This document shows positions 1 to 8,956 of a stretch of DNA of 64,000 nt, piece by piece. The first letter of the stretch is position 1; each line of letters opens with the position of its first letter. The notes under the pieces are model-generated. The model ran no database searches. It had not been told where the DNA came from and worked only from the letters and a program-made list of their open reading frames with translations. The position numbers and the translations under genes are program-made. Source of the DNA: an uncultured Acidimicrobiaceae bacterium (GTDB lineage Bacteria > Actinomycetota > Acidimicrobiia > Acidimicrobiales > Bog-793); contig CAWGNK010000003.1 of the NCBI GenBank assembly GCA_963823945.1, forward strand, positions 581,732 to 645,731, given 5' to 3'.

Positions 1-220
1 CCCACTTGCGCGTGCGGGTTCGACTCATGCCGTGAAAATGGGTGGGAGCGCCCACCACGAGCAGGTCGGCGTCGCCCAACCGTTCGCGACCCGCCTCAGT
101 CACCGGGACCACGACCACGTCGTCCACCGACTCAAGGCCCTGGCCAAGACCCTTGCCAATGGCGTCGGCCACCGCGTGCGTGTTGCCGAACATCGACTCG
201 TAGACGACCACCGCGCGCAT
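1..220 (-). CDS. flavodoxin-family protein; the 3' end runs off the window and 73 N-terminal codons are visible
   Basis: Own reverse-strand translation from ATG 220-218 gives MRAVVVYESMFGNTHAVADAIGKGL...DLLVVGAPTHFHGMS, a flavodoxin-like N-terminus. GGAGG (rc of 228-232) lies 7 nt upstream. It is absent from the ORF track because the window edge truncates it. Confidence 0.6.
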   Translation of the reverse strand, partial: MRAVVVYESMFGNTHAVADAIGKGLGQGLESVDDVVVVPVTEAGRERLGDADLLVVGAPTHFHGMSRTRTRKW

Positions 221-348
221 AATCACGCCTCCTGTGCCCGCCGACCCTTCGAAGCGGTCTTGCGCCGAGCACGCTAGCTCTGCTCGCCCCTGATCGCCGG
301 GTGGGAGGTACCCGTCGATCCGCCGTTTCCCGGGCTAGACGAACGCAC

Positions 349-813
349 TCACAACGACTCTGCGGCCTTCTTGATCGCTAGAAGGGTCGCGGGAATCCCC
401 CGATGGGCCGCCTCGGTTCGATCAGCGATTTGCGCCCGAGCGTCATCACCGAATCGCTCCTCGAATCTTGTGAGGCCAGCGGGGAGGAACTCCCAGGATT
501 CAGTGACGCTGGTCCCACCTTCGACCGGGGAGAACGTGTAGCCCCAACGGACCCATGAGTCGCCAACTACGAACGCGAACTCCTGGCCCCGCTCTGCCAC
601 CACGACTTCGGAACGCGTCTCCCAGGTCCGCTCGGTGGTTTCGTTGCGACCGGTGAACCGCGCGCCCACCCGGGGGCCGTCACCGTCGTCCCACCAGCAG
701 GCTTTGCAGACCGGACTCCATTCGCCCATGCGAGTGACGTCCGAGATCATGTCGTACAGCAACTCTGCCGGACGGGCGATCACGATCGATGCTGAGTAGC
801 TGGGGTTTGTCAT
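349..813 (-). CDS. SRPBCC (polyketide cyclase/START-like) family protein
   Basis: 154-aa ORF. The N-terminal pattern SASIVIARPAELLYDMISDVTRMGEWSP is typical of SRPBCC ligand-binding proteins. Confidence 0.7.
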   Translation of the reverse strand: MTNPSYSASIVIARPAELLYDMISDVTRMGEWSPVCKACWWDDGDGPRVGARFTGRNETTERTWETRSEVVVAERGQEFAFVVGDSWVRWGYTFSPVEGGTSVTESWEFLPAGLTRFEERFGDDARAQIADRTEAAHRGIPATLLAIKKAAESL

Positions 814-876
814 CGGCGCATTCTTGCACCGCGCGATCGACTGTCCCTTGGCGCCAGGTCGTGTGTCCGGTTGCCT

Positions 877-1527
877 CTAGACGCGGCTCGGCGTGCCGAC
901 TCGAGGACAGGCGAAGGTTCGCAGGTGGGCGATGGCGGCGTCGAGGGCGACTTCAAGCGGGTAGGTGCTGCGTGTTGTCTTGGCGAGCAGGAGCCCGCCT
1001 TGCAGGCTGGCCATTACGCCGAGGGCCAGTGTCGCCGGGTCCGCGTCCGATCGCAGTTCGCCCCGCCGGGCCATGGTCGCCAACCCGTCAGCAAGGAGTT
1101 TCTCCCAGCTGCCGATGGCGTCGGCCAGCCGGACGCGAGCGCTGTCGTCCAGCTCGGCGAGCTCGTTGGCCAGTGACCCGAGCGGGCAACCCCCCCGACA
1201 GCCGAGCTCTCGTTGCACCGCGACGATCATGTCGCGCCAGCCGGTGATGTCCTCCCAGGTCGCGAGGGACTCGAGCGCCGGCCGCTGGAAGGCGAGGATC
1301 CTGTCGCGCTGGCGGTCGATCACCGCGCCGACAAGGGCGCTCTTGCCAGAGAAGTAGTGGTATAGCTGCGACCTGCTGGTCCCGGTTGCCCGGCCCACCT
1401 CGTCGAGGCTCGCGGCCGCGACCCCGCGTGCATAGATGAGGTCAGCGGCGGCGTCAACGATCCGCTGACGGGTCTCGCGGCCCTTCCGCGTCGGCGGACC
1501 CCACTCGTCACCTCGGTCGACAGTCAC
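877..1527 (-). CDS. TetR/AcrR family transcriptional regulator
   Basis: The N-terminal HTH signature is TRQRIVDAAADLIYARGVAAASLDEVGRATGTSRSQLYHYFSGKSALV. Length is 216 aa. Confidence 0.9.
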   Translation of the reverse strand: MTVDRGDEWGPPTRKGRETRQRIVDAAADLIYARGVAAASLDEVGRATGTSRSQLYHYFSGKSALVGAVIDRQRDRILAFQRPALESLATWEDITGWRDMIVAVQRELGCRGGCPLGSLANELAELDDSARVRLADAIGSWEKLLADGLATMARRGELRSDADPATLALGVMASLQGGLLLAKTTRSTYPLEVALDAAIAHLRTFACPRVGTPSRV

Positions 1528-1725
1528 ACGTGCCGCGTCCTCACAGAATTTGAACTGGCCAGCCGGTCCGCGGGCTTAGAATGGACCGCGCAGTCCAGTT
1601 TATTCGTGAGGAGCTCTTTTGTCGATGACGAAAGCCCCGCTGCGCCTTCAGCCCGAACTCGACGAAACCGCTGCCGGCATCGGGACCGCGCTTCAGTCCG
1701 TGCTCGACGCGGAGCGACCCACGCC

Positions 1726-2436
1726 ATGACAGCAAGCTCTCCAGTCCCGCTCGAGCAACCGGTGCGCGTCGGGAGACGGGTCTTCCTCGGCATGGTCGGC
1801 TTGGGCGCGGTGGGAATCGTCGCCGGTGCCACGGTGCAAAGAAGGCTGGCCGAGGTGCTGGGGTCCGGCCTGGGTCGCCTGCTCCCAGGCGGCGACAACT
1901 TCCAGATCTACAGCGTCACAAACACGTTTCCCCTCATCAGACCGGATCGCTACCGGCTCGAGGTCACGGGGCTCGTGGAGCGACCGCTCACGCTCACCCT
2001 CGCCGACCTTGAGGCCATGCCCAGTACCCAGCTCGTAAAGACGTTCCAGTGCGTGACGGGATGGCAGGTTCCAGACGTGCACTGGGAGGGCGTGAAGCTG
2101 AGCGACGTGCTCGACGCCGCCCGGGTGAAGCCGGGGGCCGTCGCCTTGTCGTTCGCTTCCTATGACGGCACCGACACCGAAAGCCTGACGCTCGACCAGG
2201 CTCGTCGCCCTGACGTCATCGTCGCCTACCGCATGCTCGGGGGCCCGATCACGACGGAGCACGGCGGCCCCGTCAGGCTCTACGTCGCTCCGATGTTCGG
2301 CTACAAGTCGCTCAAGTGGCTCTCGGCCATCCGTGTCGTCGACAGGGTCGAGCCTGGGTTCTGGGAGCAGAGCGGCTACCCGGTCAACGGCTGGCTCGAC
2401 GGCTCTACTGGCCCGACTGACACGACTTCTGGCTGA
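1726..2436 (+). CDS. molybdopterin-dependent oxidoreductase (sulfite-oxidase/YedY-MsrP-like catalytic subunit) with a Tat-type signal
   Basis: Within ORF 1606..2436 the start is taken at the ATG at 1726. A twin-arginine motif (GRRVFLGMVGLGAVG) is followed by FQCVTGWQVPDVHWEGVKLSDVL and HGGPVRLYVAPMFGYKSLKWL, typical of the oxidoreductase molybdopterin-binding domain. Confidence 0.8.
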   Translation: MTASSPVPLEQPVRVGRRVFLGMVGLGAVGIVAGATVQRRLAEVLGSGLGRLLPGGDNFQIYSVTNTFPLIRPDRYRLEVTGLVERPLTLTLADLEAMPSTQLVKTFQCVTGWQVPDVHWEGVKLSDVLDAARVKPGAVALSFASYDGTDTESLTLDQARRPDVIVAYRMLGGPITTEHGGPVRLYVAPMFGYKSLKWLSAIRVVDRVEPGFWEQSGYPVNGWLDGSTGPTDTTSG

Positions 2437-3180
2437 GTGAACAACGTGCCCGCGGACCAAGATCGAAATCAGCCTTCCGGTGAAGCACTGACACCGCTGC
2501 GGATCACCCGCTTCGATCTCGTACAAAGGGTCGCCCACTGGTCCAACGCCTTGCTCTTCGGCGTCCTCATGCTCACCGCCCTGCCTCTGTACTTCTCTTC
2601 GGTCGAGAGCCTTGTCGGACGACACCTGCTGATCGCCGAGATTCATCTCTGGGCGGGCTTGGTGTTGCCGGTTCCGCTCGTCGTCTCGCTGCTGGGACCC
2701 TGGGGAGCACGGATGCGGCGCGATATCCGGCGCATCAGTCGCTGGACAAAGGACGAGGTCCGCTGGCTCTGGCGCGCCGGCTGGAAAGCCCCCCGGATCA
2801 CCGACAAGTTCAATCCGGGACAGAAGATCAACGCCATCTTTGTCGCCGGCGCGATGGTCGTCATGCTCGGGACCGGATTGATCCTCAAGTGGTTCAACGT
2901 GGTTCCCGTCGACTGGCGCCAAGGAGCAACCTTCGTCCACGAGGTGCTGGCGTTCGCCATCTTCATCGTCGTGATCGGCCACATCGGTTTCGCCGTCACC
3001 CACCGCGACGCGCTCCGGGCGATGGTGAGGGGATGGGTACCTGAAACCTGGGCGAGGAAGCACGCGCCGGGGTGGCTAGAAGAAGAACGAGAAGCCGATG
3101 CGCTCCGCACGACGAAGACGGTGCGAAGCGTCGAGTCCCGGGCGGCGGCGACCGCCGGCTCGCGCGGCGACCTTCCATAG
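2437..3180 (+). CDS. cytochrome b (b561/Ni-Fe hydrogenase b-type) membrane subunit, partner of the upstream Mo-enzyme
   Basis: GTG immediately follows the upstream TGA. The motif RFDLVQRVAHWSNALLFGVLMLTALPLY and several hydrophobic helices with conserved His are present. The adjacency mimics YedYZ-like pairs. Confidence 0.75.
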   Translation: MNNVPADQDRNQPSGEALTPLRITRFDLVQRVAHWSNALLFGVLMLTALPLYFSSVESLVGRHLLIAEIHLWAGLVLPVPLVVSLLGPWGARMRRDIRRISRWTKDEVRWLWRAGWKAPRITDKFNPGQKINAIFVAGAMVVMLGTGLILKWFNVVPVDWRQGATFVHEVLAFAIFIVVIGHIGFAVTHRDALRAMVRGWVPETWARKHAPGWLEEEREADALRTTKTVRSVESRAAATAGSRGDLP

Positions 3181-3680
3181 CCGCAAACGCCTCGGCGACG
3201 GGCGAACGTCCCCTCGACGCGTTCGCAGTCGACGATCTGAGTATTGGCCAGGACGAGCATGCCGGCCCCGGCGTCAAATTCATCGGTGAGGTCGCCGGGG
3301 TGGATGTGCTGTTCGAAAACCCCGTATCTTCCTTGTTCGGGTGGTGCTTCTTCAAGAGGCCTGACGGCAATGCCGACGCACTCCACCTGGACGCTGCGAA
3401 CCCCCTTGGCGAGCCGTCTGGCCGACGCGGGATAGCCCTCATTCCGACATGGGAGTCAGTGTCAAGGTGTCCCAGATCGCCTGCGCGCTCAAGCGGTCAG
3501 TTGGTGTGCGGACTTGACCCGCTTTGGTGGACGCCTAGTTTGGATGGAAGGCCAGAGGAAGGAGCCCACAGTGGGTCGTAATCATCCGAGGCGGGCGTAA
3601 CTCTTGCCCCTACCGGTTACGCGGGCAGGTTTGGTGTGCCGGGACCGGTTCTATCTTCCTCCCCTGAACTGGGAAAACAG

Positions 3681-3753
3681 TGGGGCCGGCAGGGATCGAA
3701 CCTGCGACCCAGGGATTATGAGTCCCCTGCTCTGACCACTGAGCTACGGCCCC
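3681..3753 (-). tRNA. tRNA-Met (anticodon CAT), elongator-like, CCA not encoded
   Basis: Hand-folded cloverleaf: GGGGCCG TA GCTC AGTGGTCA GAGC A GGGGA CTCATAA TCCCT GGGTC GCAGG TTCGATC CCTGC CGGCCCC A. A lysidine-modified tRNA-Ile2 cannot be excluded. Confidence 0.85.
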
Positions 3754-3764
3754 GCACTGGACTT

Positions 3765-4185
3765 CTAGTTCGACACTCTGTCACCTGTTCTGCTGTCCCA
3801 CAGAACGACGGCGCTGAGCATGCCGTCCGCGGCGGGCGTGAAAAGGATGCCGCGCGCCGTATCCAGCCATGATCCTTCTTCGCTCGACGCTGATGGTCTC
3901 TGAAACTGTGATGACCGCCTGGTAGCCCTTCGCGGCCGCGACAATGGCAAGGCCGTTGCCCGTTTGCCGCTCGTCAGCTCGAGGATCGTGTCCCCGGGGG
4001 CGCGCTCGCCGGAGGCCTCTGCGGCCTGGATCATCGCCAGGGCGATGCGGTCCTTGACGCTCCCGCCCGGGTTCTCGCACTCGAGCTTGGCCACGATCTG
4101 AGTGGGAAGCCCCGCGGCGAAGCGGTGAAGTTCTGCGAGCGGCGTCCGACCGAGAGCCGGGTCACATCGTCATGCAGGGCCATCG
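3765..4185 (-). pseudogene. cysK: cysteine synthase A (CysK) remnant, with multiple frame changes and a 3' truncation
   Basis: Family-typical segments lie in alternating frames. [10 protein letters not shown] (ATG 4185) shifts to [42 protein letters not shown]...LELTSG. A shift near 3967 leads to [36 protein letters not shown] shift near 3855 leads to [11 protein letters not shown]. Similarity is then lost and the ORF stops at 3765, about 140 of about 310 expected residues, 12 nt from tRNA-Met. Confidence 0.8.
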
Positions 4186-4778
4186 TCCGTCTCCTTTTCC
4201 CCGCCCGTCATCCAGGTTGCCGGGAGGCGCTCCTCGTTCGCCGGCTCTTCGAAGACGCGCCCTGCTGGGTGTGACGCAGTGGCCCCGTGCCACGACGACG
4301 ATCGAGCGCGCCGGCACGTCGTCAACCACGAGCGCGCGCGGCCCGACCCGGCTGTCCTCGCCGACGGCGACCGGGCCCAGCACCGAGCACCCGACCCCGA
4401 GGTTGACATTGTCACCGATCGTCGGGTGTCGCTTCGCGCCCTTGGTATCCGCCCACCAGCCGTGGCCCCGAGAGTCACGCCCTGGTAGAGCATGACGTCG
4501 TTGCCGATCACCGTCGTCTCGCCGATGACGACGCCAGCACCGTGGTCGATGAAGAACCGTTTGCCGATCACCGCCCCGGGGTGGATCTCGATCCCTGTGA
4601 ACAGCCGCGCGCCCTGCGAGATGACACGCGGGAAGAACGGCACGTGGAGCCTCCAGAGCACGTGGGCGACCCGGCAGGACCAGATCGCCCAGATGCCTTG
4701 GTAGAGAATGACCTCGAGGGCGTGGACGCCCTGGAGGGCGGGATCCTTTCGGTAGGCGACCTTCAGGGTGTCAAGCAA
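4162..4778 (-). pseudogene. cysE: serine O-acetyltransferase (CysE) with the hexapeptide-repeat core out of frame
   Basis: The TTG-start ORF 4170..4778 gives a good CysE N-half ([22 protein letters not shown]...[32 protein letters not shown]). The expected continuation [53 protein letters not shown] is found only in another frame (ORF 4162..4383). The switch maps to a GG/GGG run near 4460. Confidence 0.7.
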
Positions 4779-4929
4779 CGCCGAGCCCTGCCCGCTGCGG
4801 CATCGTCACGCCCCGACCGTATTTGCTCGGCCGCTCCGGCGCGACGAGGACGGCAACCGCGCCGGGGGTGACGCCCGGGCCAGCCGCACCGAGCCGTGGC
4901 GGTATCCCTGGTTTCCCCAGGTTGGCGGG

Positions 4930-4959
4930 CCCCGCACGATCCTTCGGGGTCGTGCGGGG
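4930..4959. other. very stable hairpin (13-bp stem, TTCG tetraloop on the plus strand) in the cysE / tRNA-Asn spacer
   Basis: CCCCGCACGATCC TTCG GGGTCGTGCGGGG, with one G:T wobble. It is extendable by 3 more pairs (4927-4962). No T-tract follows. Confidence 0.5.
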
Positions 4960-5124
4960 TCCCCGGCCCAATCCGGCCGATTCGACGGCCGCGACCGATC
5001 GACCTTGAATAGCGGCAACCGGGCCACGTCGCGTTTCCCGGGCAGCTCACGGTCCTCACCACGGCGGGCTGACACGGAAGACGCGCGCCCTGCACCCATC
5101 GCACGCCGGGGACACGATCTGCAG

Positions 5125-5197
5125 CTCCGGGGGAGAGACTCGAACTCTCAACCACACGGTTAACAGCCGCGTGCTCTGCCAATTGAGCTACCCCGGA
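5125..5197 (-). tRNA. tRNA-Asn (anticodon GTT), CCA not encoded
   Basis: Hand-folded cloverleaf: TCCGGGG TA GCTC AATTGGCA GAGC A CGCGG CTGTTAA CCGTG TGGTT GAGAG TTCGAGT CTCTC CCCCGGA G. Confidence 0.85.
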
Positions 5198-5342
5198 CCG
5201 AACGACGGCACGTTAGCAGTGCATCCCGCTGGCGGCGATCGCGCTGGCCCGCCGCATGAACCCGCCGTTGTGTGCGCCTACGCGGTCCCCTGGGACGGCG
5301 CAACAGAGCACTCGGGCTGCCCGCCGGCCGGGCCCGGGTGGA

Positions 5343-6485
5343 TCAGTCGCCCTCGAAATAGTCCCGGAGCGGCAGGGCGAGAGCGGGTTGGCGGAGCTTG
5401 GCGAGCGTCTTCATCTCGATCTGGCGGACCCGTTCCCGCGTCACGCCGAAGATCTGCCCCACCTCCTCGAGGGTCCTCATCTTCCCGTCGTCGAGCCCGA
5501 AACGGAGCCGGACGACCTCCTGTTCGCGGGCCGAGAGCTCGTGGAGCGCCCGCTGGACCGCCTCGTTCAGCATGACCCTCGTCGCGGCGCCGAGCGGGAC
5601 CTCGGCGGACTGGTCCACGAGGAGATCCGACAGGCTGAACCCCTCGTCGTTGCCGCCGATCGGTTGCTGCAGGGAGATCGTGTCCTGGCTGATGCGCTGG
5701 ATCTCGCGCACCCGTTCGACGGGGAATTCGATATGCAACGCGATCTCGTCAGCCGTCGCGTCACGGCCGATCTGCTGGGAGAGCTCGCGTTGGGCCCGGA
5801 GGACCCTGTTGACCGTCTCGGCCATGTGGACCGGGATACGGATCGTGCGCGCCTGATCGGCCACGGCCCGCGTGATCGCCTGGCGGATCCACCAGGTCGC
5901 GTACGTCGAGAATTTGAAGCCCCGGCGGTAGTCGAACTTCTCGACGGCGCGCATCAGGCCGAGGTTGCCCTCCTGGATCAGGTCGAGGAAGGCCATGCCC
6001 CGGTTGCGGTAGCGCTTGGCGATCGACACGACGAGCCGGAGGTTCGCCTCGGTGAGCAGATCCTTCGCCTCCTGTCCCTCGGCCACCTCGCGCTCGGCGG
6101 TCCGGCGTCTCGCCGCCGTGATCTCCCCGAGCACGCCGTCGCGGCACCACGCTTCGAGGCGGTCGCGCGCCGCGTGCCCGCGTTCGATCCGCTTGGCGCA
6201 CAGCACCTCGAGATCCGCCGACAGCAACGAGACCCGGCCGATCTCTCGCATGTACGCCCGGACGGGGTCGCCCGCCGTCGCGGCGGTGCCGTCTGCCTTG
6301 CCGGAGCGCAGGGTGCGGATCGCCGCGGTCGTCTGTTCCTCGGCGATCCTCCCGGAACGGCGCGGCGGCCCATCGCCACGGCGGGTCCGGTTCCCGGCGC
6401 GCGGTCCGGTTCGAATCGGCCCGACGGTCGGCTGGACGCCGGAGGGAGCGCCGGGATCAGTCTTCAGACGTGCGACGCCCGTCAT
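5343..6485 (-). CDS. rpoD: RNA polymerase sigma-70 factor, RpoD/SigA family (group 1 or 2)
   Basis: Region 1.2 is [11 protein letters not shown]. Region 2 is [59 protein letters not shown]. Region 4 is [18 protein letters not shown]. The ATG at 6485 is the only canonical in-frame start upstream of region 1.2. Confidence 0.9.
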   Translation of the reverse strand: MTGVARLKTDPGAPSGVQPTVGPIRTGPRAGNRTRRGDGPPRRSGRIAEEQTTAAIRTLRSGKADGTAATAGDPVRAYMREIGRVSLLSADLEVLCAKRIERGHAARDRLEAWCRDGVLGEITAARRRTAEREVAEGQEAKDLLTEANLRLVVSIAKRYRNRGMAFLDLIQEGNLGLMRAVEKFDYRRGFKFSTYATWWIRQAITRAVADQARTIRIPVHMAETVNRVLRAQRELSQQIGRDATADEIALHIEFPVERVREIQRISQDTISLQQPIGGNDEGFSLSDLLVDQSAEVPLGAATRVMLNEAVQRALHELSAREQEVVRLRFGLDDGKMRTLEEVGQIFGVTRERVRQIEMKTLAKLRQPALALPLRDYFEGD

Positions 6486-8406
6486 CCCCCGCCTCCTGCT
6501 GGCGCTGTGCGAGCCACGCTACCAATCGTTTCGCGGCGTCTTCGGTGTCGGAGTCCCCACCAGGGCCGACGAGCGGATCGCGCAGGGCCTCGAGTTCGGT
6601 TCTCAGCCAGGCCCCCGTGTTGAGCGCCGTGGCGAGGTCCTCCGACCGTCCTTCTTGTTGGGCGACGCGCGCTTCGGCGTCGAGCTCCCGCAGCGCACGG
6701 TCGCACGCCGCCCGGACGAGCTCGATGTACGGACCGGTCACGACGAGCTCGTCGGGCAGCTCCGAGACCGCCAGCCGGCGGATGAGGTCGCCGGCCTCCG
6801 GATCCGCCCGCTGGATCGCCTCCGAAAGTCCCGCCGAGTCGACGAGCGCCCGGTAGGCGTTGCGCTGCACCGGGTCGACGAACAGCACCTCGTCGAAAAG
6901 GGCGCGGGCCCCGTCCGGTTGGTTCAGCGCGAGGAGAAGGGCGTCCCGTCCCGCCCGCAGCTCAGGGCGTTCCTCGGCCGTCCTGGCGCCGGCCCGGCCC
7001 CAAGGCGCGGCGGCGGGCGCCGCGCGGTTCTGGTCCGGCGGTTCGGCCTCGTCCGCCCGCCGGCCCGGTCCGGCGCCCCCAGCCTCCGGGTCGGGCTGCG
7101 GCCGGGAACGCACCTCGACGAGGAGCTCGCGCAGGCGGTTGGGGTCGAGGCGGGTCCGGTCGGCCACGCCGATGAGGTACTGGTCGCGAACCAGCTCGTT
7201 CGGGTGCTCGGCGATGGCGGCGAGTGCGGCCTCCGCCGCCCGGCTGCGGCCCTCCGGCGTGCGCAGGTCGTGCGCGCCGAGGGCCTGGTCGACGCGGAAG
7301 CCGAGGAAGGGCTGAGCCTTCCCGACGGCGGCGGCGAGCGACGCCGGGTCGCGCTGGGCGAGCTCGCCGGGGTCCGATCCCACCGGCAGCGCGGCGACGG
7401 CGAGCTCGAGCTCGTGGCGCCTCTCCCACTGGTACAGGCGTGCCGCCGCGGCCTGCCCGGCGGCGTCGGCGTCGAAGCAGAGCACGATCCTGTTGGCGAA
7501 ATGCGCGAGCAGGCGGAAGTGGTCCTCGGTCAGCGCCGTGCCGCAGGTCGCGACCGCCCGCGGGACGCCCGCGAGATGGAAGCCGATGACGTCGGTGTAG
7601 CCCTCGCAGACGACGACCTCGTGGGCCCTGGCGATGTCGGACTTCGCCCAGTTCAGCCCGTAGAGCGTGCGGCGCTTGGAGTAGATGGCCGACTCCGGCG
7701 AGTTGCGGTACTTCGGCCCCGGTTCGCGCTCCGAGCTTCGCAGGGCTTCGGGCAGGACCCGGCCGCCGAAGGCGATCGCCTGGCCGCCGGGGTCGAAGAT
7801 CGGGAACATGACCCGTTCCCGGAAGGAGTCCTGGTAGCGGTTGCGGTCGTTCTCGTAGGCGAGCCCGGCCTCACGCAGCACCGCACCCGGCAGGCGCGAC
7901 GCCCGCACGAGCTCGTCCCAGCCCGCCGGTGCGTAGCCGAGCCGGAACCGGCGGACGACCTCGCCGTCGTAGCCCCGGGAGCGCAGGTACTGACGCGCCC
8001 GCCCCGCGTCCGGCCCCGCGAGCAGCCGTTCGTGGTAGTACTCGACCGCCACGGTCATCGCCGCCAGCAGCTCGCGCCGCCGGTTGCGGTCCTCGTTCCG
8101 GTCGCGGTCGTCGTCGTAGCGGATCGTGATCCCGGCGCGGTTGGCGAGGCGCTCGACGGCCTCGACGAAGTCGACCCCCTCGGTCGCCCGCACGAAGCTG
8201 ATGGCGTCGCCCGAGGCCTGGCAGCCGAAGCAGTAGTAGAGGCCCTCCTCGGCGTTGACGCTGAACGAGCCCGTCTTCTCGGCGTGGAACGGGCAGAGCC
8301 CGACGAAGCGCCGGCCGACCCGCTTGAGGGCGGTCTGCTCGCCGATCAGCGCGACGAGATCGGTCGCCGCGCGGACCCTTGCGACGTCCTCGTCGGGGAT
8401 TGCCAT
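6457..8406 (-). CDS. dnaG: DNA primase
   Basis: The zinc-ribbon motif [35 protein letters not shown] is present, together with a TOPRIM region ([11 protein letters not shown]). Length is 649 aa. Confidence 0.95.
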   Translation of the reverse strand: MAIPDEDVARVRAATDLVALIGEQTALKRVGRRFVGLCPFHAEKTGSFSVNAEEGLYYCFGCQASGDAISFVRATEGVDFVEAVERLANRAGITIRYDDDRDRNEDRNRRRELLAAMTVAVEYYHERLLAGPDAGRARQYLRSRGYDGEVVRRFRLGYAPAGWDELVRASRLPGAVLREAGLAYENDRNRYQDSFRERVMFPIFDPGGQAIAFGGRVLPEALRSSEREPGPKYRNSPESAIYSKRRTLYGLNWAKSDIARAHEVVVCEGYTDVIGFHLAGVPRAVATCGTALTEDHFRLLAHFANRIVLCFDADAAGQAAAARLYQWERRHELELAVAALPVGSDPGELAQRDPASLAAAVGKAQPFLGFRVDQALGAHDLRTPEGRSRAAEAALAAIAEHPNELVRDQYLIGVADRTRLDPNRLRELLVEVRSRPQPDPEAGGAGPGRRADEAEPPDQNRAAPAAAPWGRAGARTAEERPELRAGRDALLLALNQPDGARALFDEVLFVDPVQRNAYRALVDSAGLSEAIQRADPEAGDLIRRLAVSELPDELVVTGPYIELVRAACDRALRELDAEARVAQQEGRSEDLATALNTGAWLRTELEALRDPLVGPGGDSDTEDAAKRLVAWLAQRQQEAGDDGRRTSED

Positions 8407-8450
8407 GGCCGGACCGTACCTGTTCGCCGTGCCGTCTGGGCGGGGCCGGC

Positions 8451-8915
8451 TCAGCGGCGCCCGAGGCGGTGGGCGAAGCGGAGGCCGGACCAGTCGGTGT
8501 CGACCGCCGCCACTTTGTTGTCGACGAGCCCGAGGGCGAGGCCGGCGCGGCGGACGTCGCGGTCGGTGAGATCGCTCTCGTGGCCGCCGGCGCGCCGTGG
8601 CCAGCAGATCCAGACGGCCGCCGGGAGCGTGGCCGGTTCGGGCGCCGAGGCGAGCGCCGCGGCGAGCTCGTGGGAGTCGCGGGCGAAGACGATCACCAGG
8701 TCCGCGGGCCCTCGCTCCGGGGCACCCCCGGGCGCGAGGGGCGCCTCGAGTCGGGCGACGACGACGCCTGGCGGCGGGTCGGCCAGCGACCAGCCGGGCG
8801 GGGCGCCGACAAGATGGACCCGGGAACCCTCGACGATTCCGAGCTTGCGCGCCTGCCCGGGGGCGCCTTTTCCCTTCGGAGCCGGGGCGGTGGGCGGGTG
8901 GGGGTCTTTCCGCAT
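8451..8915 (-). CDS. DUF3052-like conserved actinobacterial protein
   Basis: This is the C-terminal part of ORF 8451..10109, starting at ATG 8915: MRKDPHPP...ARKLGIVEGSRVHLVGAPPGW...VWICWPRRAGGHESDLTDRDVRRAGLALGLVDNKVAAVDTDWSGLRF. The family assignment is from memory of the motif pattern. Confidence 0.6.
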   Translation of the reverse strand: MRKDPHPPTAPAPKGKGAPGQARKLGIVEGSRVHLVGAPPGWSLADPPPGVVVARLEAPLAPGGAPERGPADLVIVFARDSHELAAALASAPEPATLPAAVWICWPRRAGGHESDLTDRDVRRAGLALGLVDNKVAAVDTDWSGLRFAHRLGRR

Positions 8916-8956
8916 CAGGCCCCCCAGCGCGGTCGTCTTGCAGCCGACGAGCGGGC

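Noticed and set aside
3181-3457. The minus-strand remnant ...ECVGIAV...HIHPGDLTDEFD... was considered as a decayed JAMM/Mec-type metalloprotease, which would fit a cysO-cysM-mec neighbourhood.
   Set aside because: The HxH spacing to a Ser-xx-Asp does not fit the JAMM motif, and the E...HxH distance is too short. The idea is unsupported without a database search.
3636-3872. 78-aa plus-strand ORF MPGPVLSSSPELGKQWGRQGSNLRPRDYESPALTTELRP...
   Set aside because: It is the antisense read-through of tRNA-Met. GSNLRPRDYESPALTTELRP is the classic translation of a tRNA gene complement.
4763-5182. ORFs 4763..5182 (-), 4768..5163 (+) and neighbouring ORFs in the cysE/tRNA-Asn spacer.
   Set aside because: They are low-complexity Arg/Gly/Pro translations that overlap the tRNA-Asn gene, with no family signal.
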